From Coleofasciculus chthonoplastes F2-STO-03 (lineage in GTDB: Bacteria; Cyanobacteriota; Cyanobacteriia; Cyanobacteriales; Coleofasciculaceae): DNA of 64,000 nucleotides. The stretch covers positions 96,001 to 160,000 of the forward strand of contig JAVJWO010000047.1 of assembly GCA_040222015.1 (NCBI GenBank). The letters run 5' to 3'. The position numbers and the translations under genes were made by a program. Under the pieces are notes generated by a model, which saw nothing but the letters and a program-made list of their open reading frames with translations, ran no database searches and was not told where the DNA came from. Positions 29,525 to 39,956 of this stretch are shown here, piece by piece. Positions within the stretch are counted from its first letter, which is position 1; every line of letters begins with the position of its first letter.

Positions 29525-30071
29525 ATTTCACCAGACGACTACTAGACGGCGCTGTGGGTGAAGGTTGAGGGCGCGATCGCTCTAAAATAGTGCTGGCTAC
29601 TGCCCATGCACCAAATGTGGTTAACAAGAGAACGCCTATCCCAATAGACCAAATCACTACTTTTTGTTGGGGGATAGACTTCACCGACGGTTTAAAACTG
29701 GCTACATTGGGACTCTGGGCGGTGGCGTTCAGGTCATTACTGTGGACTAAGGTGGCGGTCATTTTATAGGGACCCATCCGTAGGGTATCTTTAAACGAAA
29801 TCGGTTGATTGGCTTGACGCAGGGGTCGCCCATTCAGAAATGTACCGTTAGCACTGCGTTGATCGGTAATATAAATTTGGTTATTTGCCACCGTAATCAG
29901 GACATGAAACCGGGAGATCTCTGGGTTAGCCAGTTCTAACCGAGATACCGACTCTCCTCCCCAATACTCTGGCATTTGATCCAATTCTCGACCGATCGCG
30001 ATCGGTGCAGCTAAGAGCGATCGCTTGACTTCCCCCATTTCTGGATCTTCCCAGGTTAATTGAATATACAT
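29523..30071 (-). CDS. FHA-domain membrane protein
   Basis: IGR, ISRFH, SANGTFLNG; C-terminal TM. Confidence 0.9.
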   Translation of the reverse strand: MYIQLTWEDPEMGEVKRSLLAAPIAIGRELDQMPEYWGGESVSRLELANPEISRFHVLITVANNQIYITDQRSANGTFLNGRPLRQANQPISFKDTLRMGPYKMTATLVHSNDLNATAQSPNVASFKPSVKSIPQQKVVIWSIGIGVLLLTTFGAWAVASTILERSRPQPSPTAPSSSRLVK

Positions 30072-30314
30072 AGACGTGGTAGACCTCGAACACCTGCTAT
30101 AGTAATGGTTCCCGTTTTTTGAGTGATCGTGCAGGCATTCACCGAAACTGCAACGCCTGTTGTCACGTCAAGTTTTTTGGGTCGTCGATTCAACAATCGG
30201 GTAAAGGATTTTTGATAACGGTGATGATGATTTGATTCCTATCAAAATCATATCGTTAAAAATAATTACGATAATAGGTTAAGGATGCAGTTTTCCTGTA
30301 ACGAGGGGTAGGGT

Positions 30315-32339
30315 ATGAGTTTCAATCTTTTCCGTCGCTTTCAATCCACGAATACGGATCAACCCCTCGGTGGACGCTATAAAATCGAGCGTCAACTAGG
30401 AATAGGTGGATTTGGTCAAACCTTTCTGGCGCAAGATCTCCATTTACCTGGACACCCTCAATGTGTGATTAAGCAACTTAAACCGAAAACCACTGACCCC
30501 GCCAGCCTAGAAACCGCTAGACGCCTATTTGACACCGAAGCTCAAGTTCTCTATCAACTGGGTAATCATGACCAAATTCCCCGGCTGCTGGCACATTTTG
30601 AAGAGAATCAGGAATTTTATTTAGCACAAGAATTAATTCTTGGCAATCCCCTCACCCAGGAATTGAAAAAAGGTCAACAATGGTTAGAATCTAAAACCAT
30701 TGCCCTACTACAGGATATTCTCCAGGTTTTGGCGTATGTCCATGAGCAAAATGTCATTCATCGCGATATCAAACCCTCTAATCTGATTCGCCGCCAGCCG
30801 GATGGCAAAATTGTCTTGATTGACTTTGGTGCGGTAAAGCAAGTCACCACCCAATTTAGTCATCCTCAATCGGGACAAACCAATTTAACCATTTCCATTG
30901 GTACTCAAGGCTATGTTCCTAAAGAACAGTTGGGTGGACAACCCCGGTTTAGTAGTGATGTGTATGCGGTGGGTCTATTAGGGATTCAAGCCTTAACCGG
31001 GACACATCCTCGATTGCTGCGGGAAAATCCAGAGACGGGGGAAATTCAGTGGCGTGATTTAGCCCCTCATGTTAGTCTCAACTTGGCTGAAATTCTGGAT
31101 CAGATGATCCGGTATGATTTCCGCGATCGCTATCAAACTGCTACCGAAGCCTTAAACGCCCTACAACGTCTATCCAGCGATATTCCAGCCTCCGATACAA
31201 CGCAACGATTACCCGATTCCTCAGACACCACAGCATCGATTCCAGAACATTCAAAGCCTTCTCAAGAGCAGGAGAGAGGTTTGGAGAGAGGTCTTCCAGA
31301 TTCCCCAACTCCATCCCCATCAACCACCAGTAGCACTCAGTTACCCGAAACCTGGCGGAATTCCCAACCCGCATCAGGGAGTTCGGTTCCCACAATCGTT
31401 ACACCGGGTTCAAACCCAAAACGAGGGCTTAATCTTTGGTGGGTTGTAGCAATTTTAGGCATTGTCGGCGGAACGGCTGGAGTCGCGACAACACGGCTGA
31501 TTCCGCAGTTTACCAGCAAAACGACGAATCAGAGTCAGGAATTAACTGTTAATTCTGCGAACTCTGCAACTCAACCATCGCCCACATCATCCCCTGAACC
31601 TTCCCCCACGGATGAGACACCAACGAATCCCAGTTCAGACTCAGAGTCACCTACCTCTGAACAGCCTACTCCTGATACACCAAAAACAGGTGAACAACCG
31701 TCTCCTGTTCCTTCACCGGAATCAACTCCTTCCCCTTCTGTGAAAAAGTCACCCCCAGTAACTCAAAATCCTGCACCCCCCAAACCAGCAACGCCAACGC
31801 CAACTCCCGTAGCGCCAAAGCCAACCAAGGTTCAGCCAACACCATCACCCGTTCCATCGGCTTCTCCTTCCCCTAATACCGCCAACGCCAAAACCCATTG
31901 GCAACGCTGCTATGATTTAAACACCCAGCAGCGTCCCCAAGAAGCGATTCAGGCGTGCGATCGCGCTTTAGCCATTAATCCTGATTATCCGGAAGCCTTG
32001 TGGAGTAAAGGCGCAGCATTAGATCAGTTAGGAAGACACCAAGAAGCGCTAAACCTCTACGAAAAAGCCACAACCCTGAAGCCAGATTTTGCCGAAGCCT
32101 GGATTAATCAAGGTGTTGCTTTAATTTTATTAGGTCAACCGGAGAAAGCGATTCCTATTCTTGATCGCGCCATTCAGCTTAAACCTAATTCTGCCAACGC
32201 CTGGATTAACAAAGCCGAAGCCTATATGGAATTGGAACAGTATGATGACGCGATCGCGTCTATAAAAAAGGCGCTGGAAATTGAACCCAATAACGAATAT
32301 GCTGCAACCATGTTAATCGCAGCAGAAGCGAAAAAATGA
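30315..32339 (+). CDS. Ser/Thr protein kinase with TM, Pro/Ser/Thr linker and TPR domain
   Basis: LGIGGFG, HRDIKPSN, DFG; TPR repeats at the C-terminus. Confidence 0.95.
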   Translation: MSFNLFRRFQSTNTDQPLGGRYKIERQLGIGGFGQTFLAQDLHLPGHPQCVIKQLKPKTTDPASLETARRLFDTEAQVLYQLGNHDQIPRLLAHFEENQEFYLAQELILGNPLTQELKKGQQWLESKTIALLQDILQVLAYVHEQNVIHRDIKPSNLIRRQPDGKIVLIDFGAVKQVTTQFSHPQSGQTNLTISIGTQGYVPKEQLGGQPRFSSDVYAVGLLGIQALTGTHPRLLRENPETGEIQWRDLAPHVSLNLAEILDQMIRYDFRDRYQTATEALNALQRLSSDIPASDTTQRLPDSSDTTASIPEHSKPSQEQERGLERGLPDSPTPSPSTTSSTQLPETWRNSQPASGSSVPTIVTPGSNPKRGLNLWWVVAILGIVGGTAGVATTRLIPQFTSKTTNQSQELTVNSANSATQPSPTSSPEPSPTDETPTNPSSDSESPTSEQPTPDTPKTGEQPSPVPSPESTPSPSVKKSPPVTQNPAPPKPATPTPTPVAPKPTKVQPTPSPVPSASPSPNTANAKTHWQRCYDLNTQQRPQEAIQACDRALAINPDYPEALWSKGAALDQLGRHQEALNLYEKATTLKPDFAEAWINQGVALILLGQPEKAIPILDRAIQLKPNSANAWINKAEAYMELEQYDDAIASIKKALEIEPNNEYAATMLIAAEAKK

Positions 32340-32367
32340 AACTGCTATCTCAACAGGTAAGACAAAT

Positions 32368-32790
32368 TTATCTTTTGCAATGTCGCATCAAAGCTGTATA
32401 ACCTGCCTGTACAAAGTGCTTATCATAAGCTAGAGCCTCAAAAATAGATTGTTCTTCCATAATTTTGAATGAGACACAATCTGTCTGACTCCATCCCTTA
32501 TCAGGACGTTGTTCGTATAAAGTTAATGCTGCCTGAAATTGAAGGCTGGTCTGAGGAATAATGGTGGTGTTAGGATGCTGATAAAGACTTTTTATCAGCT
32601 TAACAGCCACTTGGCGAAAATACTCGCCTCTAGCTGAGAAGTCATTCAATACTTCAGTCAATACCATTTCACTCGTAACGATATGAGCCGGTTGAATCGC
32701 TTTTGAAAGATTGACAGCTTTATCATACAAATCATCCTTAGGATTGAGCAATGCCACCCAATAACCCGTATCCGCAAACAAAATCCTCAT
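32368..32790 (-). CDS. PIN-domain (VapC-like) toxin
   Basis: FADTGYW, VLTE, SQTDCVSF, AYDKHF acidic tetrad; ATG overlaps the upstream TGA. Confidence 0.9.
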   Translation of the reverse strand: MRILFADTGYWVALLNPKDDLYDKAVNLSKAIQPAHIVTSEMVLTEVLNDFSARGEYFRQVAVKLIKSLYQHPNTTIIPQTSLQFQAALTLYEQRPDKGWSQTDCVSFKIMEEQSIFEALAYDKHFVQAGYTALMRHCKR

Positions 32791-34436
32791 CAATCGTCCT
32801 TGTGCTTCTGTTGCTGATAATAATCGAACCTCCTCGCTAGATCAGTAGGTAACTTTTCCCATTCTTCATCAGGAACTTGAGCAGAAATTTCGGCAACCAA
32901 TTCCCAAATGGGGGGCGCATCAGGATCGAAAGATAACCCTCCAATTTCAGGAACTTCACCAACTGCTTGTGTTTGATTTTCAACACTTCTACCCTTCGCA
33001 ATCAAGTTTTCTAGCTTACCGATAGCATCTTGCTCCTTACGCCAAGCTTGATCCCGTAAAGCATTGGCTTTGAGAACTAAATTGCCGATTTCGTCTCGGA
33101 TAGAAGGTTCGGGTATAGGAATAGGAACAGATGAAAACATTTCCTTGTCTACTTCTAGAATTACTGAACCATAGGAATGGCGAGTGATAAGACAGTAACC
33201 ATAATCAGAAGCTAGCCAAGTATATAGGTAGCCTGGATTCATATCTGGTGCAGCTAGAAACCTTGTTACATGTTGGTTAGCTGCCCACTGTGCCATGTAA
33301 GCTGGAATAATTTGCACCCGTCCAATTGTGCCGGAACAGGTAACAGCAATCATATTTTCTTCTAACTGAATTTCCGACAAATCTTTAGTGTGTGCGCCTT
33401 TAGCCAGCCGCTTAACGTCTACTGGAGCAACTTGGAAAATCTGCTTACTGCTAAGTAGAGGAATTCCACCTTTCTCGACATAAACTCGTTTGCGGAATTT
33501 AGTGATTGCTCGAACTTCTCTCGTGACTCGCACATCGCCTACGGTAGTCACTTCCACAGATAAATCGCGCAACTTTTTCTCAGCAGCCAGAGCAATCGGA
33601 TTATGAAAACTACCTTCTAATCGTCCCATCCACTGCGAGGCTTTGATGGTATTAGTCAAGGATTTATTATGATTAGAAACTATTGAGTTCAGATCGGGCA
33701 AATTTAAGCGTTCATGCAGTCGTTTATCTGCCTCATCCAATAGCCGATTTGCTTCATCTCGCAGCTCACCAGCCTTGCACATCTGCCTGCCAATCTCAAT
33801 CCGCCGAATAGCGTGCAAGTCGGGAATTAGAACACGAGTTAGATGCTTAGGTTCAATGTGAACAATAACAGAACCGTAAGTCGCTTGAGTCAGTTGAGGA
33901 TGACCATAACGGCTCCGAAGAAATGCAACAATGTATCCGGCTGTATCAGCGTCTTTTACTCTAAGTCGGATAGCATCTTGGGATAAAGCTTTACCAGCCA
34001 ATATATCTGTTGCCAAACTAACATTACCAATTGTCCCAGAGCAGGAAATTAAAACATCCCACTTTTTGATAATTAGCTTGTCAAGATTACGAGTACGTTT
34101 ACGACTGAGATAACCTGCAAGTCTGGGTTGGACACTAATAATTTCTGAACTCGATAAGAACGGTACACCTTGTTCAGCACTTACATAGATTCTTCTAAAC
34201 CGAAAAGCATTATGAGCCTCTTGGCTAAGTCCTCCTTCACCATAGAGAGGTATGAGTTGTAAACCGCTGTTTTCTAATGCTGTAACTACATTGCGAGCGT
34301 CAATACTAAAAGCTGAGGCTTCCAGACGAACGCCTGCATCAAAAACCTCACTAAGCTTGACCGTTGTAGAAAATTTTTCTAGCTCAGTCTCAGCAGTTGG
34401 AGGTCTATATTCCGGTTGATATGCAAAGTTTACCAT
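32790..34436 (-). CDS. RM specificity (HsdS-like) subunit with C-terminal antitoxin-like extension
   Basis: Two TRD repeats (PFLSS...SCSGTIG...YGSVI and PLLSS...TCSGTIG...YGSVI); tail PIWELVAEISAQVPDEEWEKLPTDLA. Confidence 0.85.
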   Translation of the reverse strand: MVNFAYQPEYRPPTAETELEKFSTTVKLSEVFDAGVRLEASAFSIDARNVVTALENSGLQLIPLYGEGGLSQEAHNAFRFRRIYVSAEQGVPFLSSSEIISVQPRLAGYLSRKRTRNLDKLIIKKWDVLISCSGTIGNVSLATDILAGKALSQDAIRLRVKDADTAGYIVAFLRSRYGHPQLTQATYGSVIVHIEPKHLTRVLIPDLHAIRRIEIGRQMCKAGELRDEANRLLDEADKRLHERLNLPDLNSIVSNHNKSLTNTIKASQWMGRLEGSFHNPIALAAEKKLRDLSVEVTTVGDVRVTREVRAITKFRKRVYVEKGGIPLLSSKQIFQVAPVDVKRLAKGAHTKDLSEIQLEENMIAVTCSGTIGRVQIIPAYMAQWAANQHVTRFLAAPDMNPGYLYTWLASDYGYCLITRHSYGSVILEVDKEMFSSVPIPIPEPSIRDEIGNLVLKANALRDQAWRKEQDAIGKLENLIAKGRSVENQTQAVGEVPEIGGLSFDPDAPPIWELVAEISAQVPDEEWEKLPTDLARRFDYYQQQKHKDD

Positions 34437-36418
34437 CTCAACACCACCTGCTTTTTCCAACTCAAAAACTCATCAGCAATAAATGGAGTGTCATCATCCT
34501 CTACCTTTTGGCGGGGAATAGGTCTAACGGTTCCCTCTCCAGTTGCTGTACGCTCTAGGAGAGGTGTTTCTTCAGGATTAGGGGGAAAAAGTATTTCTTC
34601 TCCCTGATCATCCCGTCGGTAAACGGTATTCCCTCTCTTATCATGCCCTATTGCCTTTACCTGCGCCATAAAAATTTCATAATCTGACAGAATTCCCTGG
34701 TTAATTTCTGCTTCTGTCTTCTTCTGGAGAATTAGCACCGAAGTTTGAGTACCATTGTGAGGCTGGAATGTGTCAGGATGAAGATCAATTGATGCCACAA
34801 TGCGACAGTTTTTAATCATCCAATATCGCACATAGAGTAATCCGGGCGCTCCCAAAATTGCATCGGGTAACACAATCCCCATCCTGCCTCCAGGTTTTAA
34901 GAATTGCCAGCAGCGCTCAATAAATAGTATTTCTGGCGGCGCAGACGTTTGAGGCTGATCCGTAGGTTCCCAACCGGTTGACGTTTCTTGCCAAATATGT
35001 CCAAGTTGATACTGACTGAGTGTTTCCCTGTCTTTGATGGGTAACTTTGAACCAAAAGGAGGATTTGTCGCGATAATATCAAAATGTGCCAAATCCTTAT
35101 AACTTCTTAAACTCTTAAAGTCAATCTTTAAGGCGGCTGCAAGTTCTTGCTTAAATCTACTTTCCCATTGATGAGGATGCAGCAAAGCATCTTGTCTTAA
35201 AATATTTCCAGAGCCATCATTGTTCATTACCATATTCATTTTAGTAGCTTTCACCAGGTCTGGATTAATATCAATTCCAAAGAAACACTGTTTAGCTTTT
35301 TCTTGAATTTTAGAATTTAGAGCATCGCGCATCCACGAACTAGATTGTTCCGTAATTCCTGCGTCTTGTTTCAGCTTTTCAATGACCTCGTTCATCGCAA
35401 TCACCAGAAAACCCCCTGTCCCACAAGCCGGATCTAGAATCATTTCATCAACTTTGGGATTAATAAGCATCCGTACCGTCATGCGCTGTATGTTTCGCGG
35501 GGTAAAAAATTCTCCCCGATCCCCTCGCAAGTTTGCTCCGACTAGCTCCTCATAAGCTTTTCCCTTCACATCAATATGCGTATCGAGGAAGCTGTATCGT
35601 TGAAGTTCTCCCACGATATAGGCTAATGAACGAGGCTGAAGTTTGATTTGTTCGTTAGCCGCAAAAATTGTCGGGTATTGTGCTTTAACAGCATCAAAAA
35701 TTTTGCTAATTCTGTTAAAAACAGTCAAGCGACCATCATTAGTAGATTTTTCACGCGCCGTTGCATAAAACTCTAGCGGATTGGGAAAATTACGTTCATC
35801 ATAAATTTTACAAAAGATGACTTTTAACAGCTCAAAAAAAGCTGGTTGTTTCTGTAATCCATCTGTTACATAAATATGGTCATGGCAAATTTTGAAAGAA
35901 AATAGGAGATTATCACCAACGGCATTCTTTAAAGATTCTCGTGTCGGTCGGTCTACCTCTTCAAGACTACCATCCTTGGATGGAATATCATTCGGTTCAA
36001 TCGTTTCAATAACCTTACCATCCTGGTCACGAATAAATTGATAAACAGCTTTGAATTTGCCATTTGTCCACATTCCCCACTCAGCGCCACAAGCTAAAAC
36101 ATAAGACTTTAGTTGCTCAACACCATCCTTACTAGCTGTAGGCTGTACAGAGTCTTTCTTGCATTCAATGATGATCCAAGCATTTTCCTGCTGATGCGGA
36201 ATTCCCTCGCGAAAAATTACCAGGTCAGCACGAACCCGCCTGCTACCAACCTTTATGGGAAACTCAACCTCAATCTGCTCTGAAAAAAAATTTAACTCCA
36301 GTATTAAACGACGCTCAATATTTTGACGAACGTACTCTTCAGGTGTATCGTTCCGAATTTTTTGATCGATGAAGTCACAGATCTTCCCGTCCGGAAGTGT
36401 TGCCAGTAGCTTAGCCAT
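34430..36418 (-). CDS. Fused restriction nuclease/N6-adenine methyltransferase (type IIB/BcgI-like)
   Basis: N-terminal PEEYVRQ...ADLVIF...IECK nuclease; GEFFTPR, DPACGTGGF, NPPF. Confidence 0.88.
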   Translation of the reverse strand: MAKLLATLPDGKICDFIDQKIRNDTPEEYVRQNIERRLILELNFFSEQIEVEFPIKVGSRRVRADLVIFREGIPHQQENAWIIIECKKDSVQPTASKDGVEQLKSYVLACGAEWGMWTNGKFKAVYQFIRDQDGKVIETIEPNDIPSKDGSLEEVDRPTRESLKNAVGDNLLFSFKICHDHIYVTDGLQKQPAFFELLKVIFCKIYDERNFPNPLEFYATAREKSTNDGRLTVFNRISKIFDAVKAQYPTIFAANEQIKLQPRSLAYIVGELQRYSFLDTHIDVKGKAYEELVGANLRGDRGEFFTPRNIQRMTVRMLINPKVDEMILDPACGTGGFLVIAMNEVIEKLKQDAGITEQSSSWMRDALNSKIQEKAKQCFFGIDINPDLVKATKMNMVMNNDGSGNILRQDALLHPHQWESRFKQELAAALKIDFKSLRSYKDLAHFDIIATNPPFGSKLPIKDRETLSQYQLGHIWQETSTGWEPTDQPQTSAPPEILFIERCWQFLKPGGRMGIVLPDAILGAPGLLYVRYWMIKNCRIVASIDLHPDTFQPHNGTQTSVLILQKKTEAEINQGILSDYEIFMAQVKAIGHDKRGNTVYRRDDQGEEILFPPNPEETPLLERTATGEGTVRPIPRQKVEDDDTPFIADEFLSWKKQVVLRW

Positions 36419-36665
36419 TGCCCTTATACCCAAAAGTGCAGCAATTTATCCTGCTTAATGTTTTACTATAAATTGATGAATTAAAATCAACACATTTATT
36501 TTGCTGTACAGGTTCCCTATTCTTATTATAATATTTAATCTTGTTTTTGAGTCGTTAAGCCAATGCACTTATGTTCGCTTTTGCTTCAAACAGACAAAGC
36601 GATCGCGTATTTGGATAAACTAGATCTAGTTGTATATAGACACCGGCATGGGTCGGAGTATCTCC

Positions 36666-37049
36666 ATGTCTCTGCAAGAGATAAAAGAACAGGTTAACCA
36701 ATTATCGGTAAGCGATCGCCTCGCCCTGATCAGTGCGATCATTCAATCCCTGGAAGATAGCAACCTACAGGAAAACTGGTACTATCTGGTAGCACGTCCC
36801 CATCCGTGGCGACGCCAACTTTACATAAAAGGACGCAAACTCCTGGCTTCAACAGTTTGGCAAGATAAGATTGTCAATAAAATGACGCTAGAACAAGCCG
36901 CAGAAAATTGGGATTTGCCTCTAGCTGCAATCTATGAAGTGATCCATTACTGCGAAAGTAATCGGGATCTGATCAAGCTAGAAGCAGATGAGGAACGGTA
37001 TCGTTTAGAAGAAAAAGGAGTTTCACTTGAGCCTACAACTACTCCTTGA
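36666..37049 (+). CDS. DUF433-like antitoxin
   Basis: PHPWRRQLYIKGRKL...AAENWDLPLAAIYEVIHY; overlaps the downstream PIN-like gene. Confidence 0.7.
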   Translation: MSLQEIKEQVNQLSVSDRLALISAIIQSLEDSNLQENWYYLVARPHPWRRQLYIKGRKLLASTVWQDKIVNKMTLEQAAENWDLPLAAIYEVIHYCESNRDLIKLEADEERYRLEEKGVSLEPTTTP

Positions 37050-37386
37050 TGAAGATTCTCAAGCAAAATACTTGGTCAATTTACTTCAAAAAGTCGGTCA
37101 TAATGTGCTGAGTGTGAATGAAGCAGATTTGATGGGTCAAGCGGATCTAAGGGTACTCAACTATGCTAGACAACAAAGGCGAGTGTTACTAACCCGTAAC
37201 TGCGATGACTTTCAGGAACTTCATCAAGCTAATCCCGTGCATCCCGGTATCTTGGCAGTGTTCCAAAATCCTGATATTGCCAAAAATATGAGTTATCAAG
37301 CCATTGTTCAGGCGATCGCGAACCTTGAACAAGCCGACTATACTTTGGAAAATCAATTAATTGTTCTCAATCAATGGAACTACTGA
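37027..37386 (+). CDS. DUF5615 PIN-like toxin
   Basis: LLLDED, D..VL, LLTRNCDDF, HPGI. Confidence 0.85.
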   Translation: MSLQLLLDEDSQAKYLVNLLQKVGHNVLSVNEADLMGQADLRVLNYARQQRRVLLTRNCDDFQELHQANPVHPGILAVFQNPDIAKNMSYQAIVQAIANLEQADYTLENQLIVLNQWNY

Positions 37387-37614
37387 ACAGGTAAACAAAA
37401 GAAAGTCTTGGCGATCGCAGATGAAAAAATTAACTCCAAGTTTAGAGTTTGTAGTCAGCGATGCCAGCGCTGATGGTACTAAAGTACCAACTACGAACCC
37501 AGTTTGATAACCTGCTTCTCACCTCGGACTTGGGTTCAGGGCATCAGTTCATGACGCAAACGAACATAATAGTATAGTTAGCTCTATCACTGTCGCTCAT
37601 CCCCAGTCACCATC

Positions 37615-38913
37615 GTGTCCCAGGTTGTTCTCGAAAACGTCTACAAAAGCTTTCCTAGTCGCCAGGAGGGGTCAACTGTCGCGCCTGTGACGACAGAACC
37701 CTTGCTCACTCCTAGCGATGAAGCGCCACTGGTAGCCGTTGATTCCTCCTCTCCGTCATCGGGAAGCGTGAATGTTTTGCGGCGGATTAATCTGAGAGTC
37801 TACGATGGCGAGTTTATGGTATTGGTGGGTCCTTCGGGTTGTGGCAAAAGTACCCTGCTGCGGGTGATTGCGGGATTAGAGGAATTAACAGGCGGGAAAA
37901 TTTGGGTGGGCGATCGCATGGTGAATGATTTGCCCCCGAAAGCCCGCAATATTGCTATGGTGTTTCAAAATTATGCCCTCTATCCGCACCTGACGGTCTA
38001 CGATAATATTGCCTTTGGCTTGCGGCGAACAACGGTGGGATTAGCCTACGACAAGTCTACAACCGAGATGCCGCTTTGGGTCGAGAATGCTTTAATTAGG
38101 ATGACGCGATCGCTCCCTAAACGATGGCGTTATCGGTGCGATCGCGAACGGGCGATTGATGACCAAGTTCGCTACGTCGCCAAACTCCTACAAATTGAAC
38201 CCCTGCTGCATCGACTTCCCAAACAGCTATCTGGGGGACAAAAGCAACGAGTCGCCCTGGGGCGTGCGATCGCCCGGAATCCCCAAGTCTTTCTCATGGA
38301 TGAACCCCTCTCTAATCTCGATGCGAAACTCCGGGCCCAAACCCGTAGTCAAATTGTGCGCTTACAACGCCAGTTAGGAACCACCACCCTCTATGTCACC
38401 CACGATCAAACCGAAGCCATGACGATGGGCGATCGCATTGCGGTGATGAATCAGGGAGAAATTCAGCAAATTGCCCCTCCCCTAGAACTCTATAACCACC
38501 CCGCTAATCGGTTTGTCGCCGAATTTATCGGTTCTCCGCCGATGAACTTTATTCCGGTTCAATTTAAAGCGCCCCTCCTGATTCAGCATCGCCAATTTCG
38601 GCTGACGCTTCCAGAAGTTTGGCAACCCTTTCTGCAAGAATATGATGGACGTTCTTTAATTCTAGGAATTCGTCCCGAACATTTGAGTGTCAGTGTTCCC
38701 GCCCCCAAAAACTTATCGGTCAATGTTGAACAAGTCGAAGCCTTGGGAAATGATACCTATTTATTAGTCAAACTGGATCGAAAAACCCGCTTACAAGCCA
38801 GAATTCCCGCCGATAATCTCGTCAAAGTCGGCGATCAAATTTGGTTATCGATTAACGCGGATAAAGTTCATTTCTTTAACGATAGAACAGGTAAAGCCAT
38901 TCGGTCTAATTAG
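37615..38913 (+). CDS. Sugar ABC transporter ATP-binding protein (MalK family)
   Basis: GPSGCGKST, LSGGQ, MDEPLSNLD, C-terminal TOBE region. Confidence 0.95.
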   Translation: MSQVVLENVYKSFPSRQEGSTVAPVTTEPLLTPSDEAPLVAVDSSSPSSGSVNVLRRINLRVYDGEFMVLVGPSGCGKSTLLRVIAGLEELTGGKIWVGDRMVNDLPPKARNIAMVFQNYALYPHLTVYDNIAFGLRRTTVGLAYDKSTTEMPLWVENALIRMTRSLPKRWRYRCDRERAIDDQVRYVAKLLQIEPLLHRLPKQLSGGQKQRVALGRAIARNPQVFLMDEPLSNLDAKLRAQTRSQIVRLQRQLGTTTLYVTHDQTEAMTMGDRIAVMNQGEIQQIAPPLELYNHPANRFVAEFIGSPPMNFIPVQFKAPLLIQHRQFRLTLPEVWQPFLQEYDGRSLILGIRPEHLSVSVPAPKNLSVNVEQVEALGNDTYLLVKLDRKTRLQARIPADNLVKVGDQIWLSINADKVHFFNDRTGKAIRSN

Positions 38914-38933
38914 GGGAAAGCTGAATAAGGGTT

Positions 38934-38961
38934 GTAGAGACGTAGCATGCTACGTCTCTAC
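38934..38961. repeat. GTAG-type REP palindrome GTAGAGACGTAGCATGCTACGTCTCTAC; relatives at ~11016, ~41798, ~44470, ~45418, ~47439/47476, ~57549
   Basis: Perfect or near-perfect palindromes bounded by GTAG/CTAC, intergenic. Confidence 0.85.
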
Positions 38962-39028
38962 CTAGTGAGGGGTGGAATAGATGTATATAATAGTAGCGAA
39001 GACAGCGCAACTACGAACCGCGTTTTAA

Positions 39029-39790
39029 TTACGTCATAATTTGCTGTGCCACTTTTTTAATTTCTAGACTTAAAGGATGACTCGGAAAGCGGACGCAAAA
39101 TACATCACCGCTAGCGAGTTGAATCATCTCTTCTGACAAGGGTAAAATACCTGCAACTGTAGCCTGATAGGTTTGTGCTATATCTTGCTCTAATGCCTTA
39201 AAGTCAAGGGCTTCATGGGCTTTATTCACCATCAACAGTAACTTAGGCACTTGCAACTTACGTGCCACATCAACGGTAACAGCCGTTCCTTGAAAGTCTT
39301 GGCGGTCTGGACGTAGAATAATGAGTAATACGTCAGAGATGGTGATAGATAGTAGGGTTTCTTCATTCAGACCCGGATGAGTATCAATGAAGAGATAGTC
39401 TAGCTTTAAGGCTTGAATTAAATCCTCAAACCCGTCAATTAGCATATTCACATCGTATCCTTCTCGCAAAATCCGGGTAATCTCTCCCATGCGAATACTG
39501 GACGGAATCAGATAGATTTTGCTATTGATTTTGCGGTTTTCTCCGAGAATAGAACTGACATCATACGCCGCATCTTGAATTTGACAACGCCCCCATAAAT
39601 AATCATTTAGGGCGTTTTTCATTTTGTTCTCATCGAAGCCGAAAAGAACGTGAATGCCAGGAGACTGGATATCAGTATCAACAATACCGACTCGATATCC
39701 AGCTTTAGCAACAGTCGCGGCTAGATTCGCTGTAGCATTTGATTTGCCCGTACCACCACGGAATGAGTGAATCGACACAATTTCCGACAT
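39029..39790 (-). CDS. MinD/ParA-family ATPase
   Basis: SFRGGTGKS, DTDIQSPG, IDTHPG. Confidence 0.88.
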   Translation of the reverse strand: MSEIVSIHSFRGGTGKSNATANLAATVAKAGYRVGIVDTDIQSPGIHVLFGFDENKMKNALNDYLWGRCQIQDAAYDVSSILGENRKINSKIYLIPSSIRMGEITRILREGYDVNMLIDGFEDLIQALKLDYLFIDTHPGLNEETLLSITISDVLLIILRPDRQDFQGTAVTVDVARKLQVPKLLLMVNKAHEALDFKALEQDIAQTYQATVAGILPLSEEMIQLASGDVFCVRFPSHPLSLEIKKVAQQIMT

Positions 39791-39956
39791 TTTATACCTC
39801 TAGGATGTCGATTAGTTTTGACCCAACGCTAGGCTCAGGGAACCTGGTGTTTGTGTAGGGACGGGTTTCATTATTATCTATCATTTCTGATTAACCCAGA
39901 TGTGACTAAACCCGCCCTGGCTAAGTTTTGAGTTGATCTATCTTAACTCGACTGAT

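Noticed and set aside
34430..36418. Classical type I RM system
   Set aside because: No helicase/motor HsdR nearby, and the nuclease is fused to the MTase.
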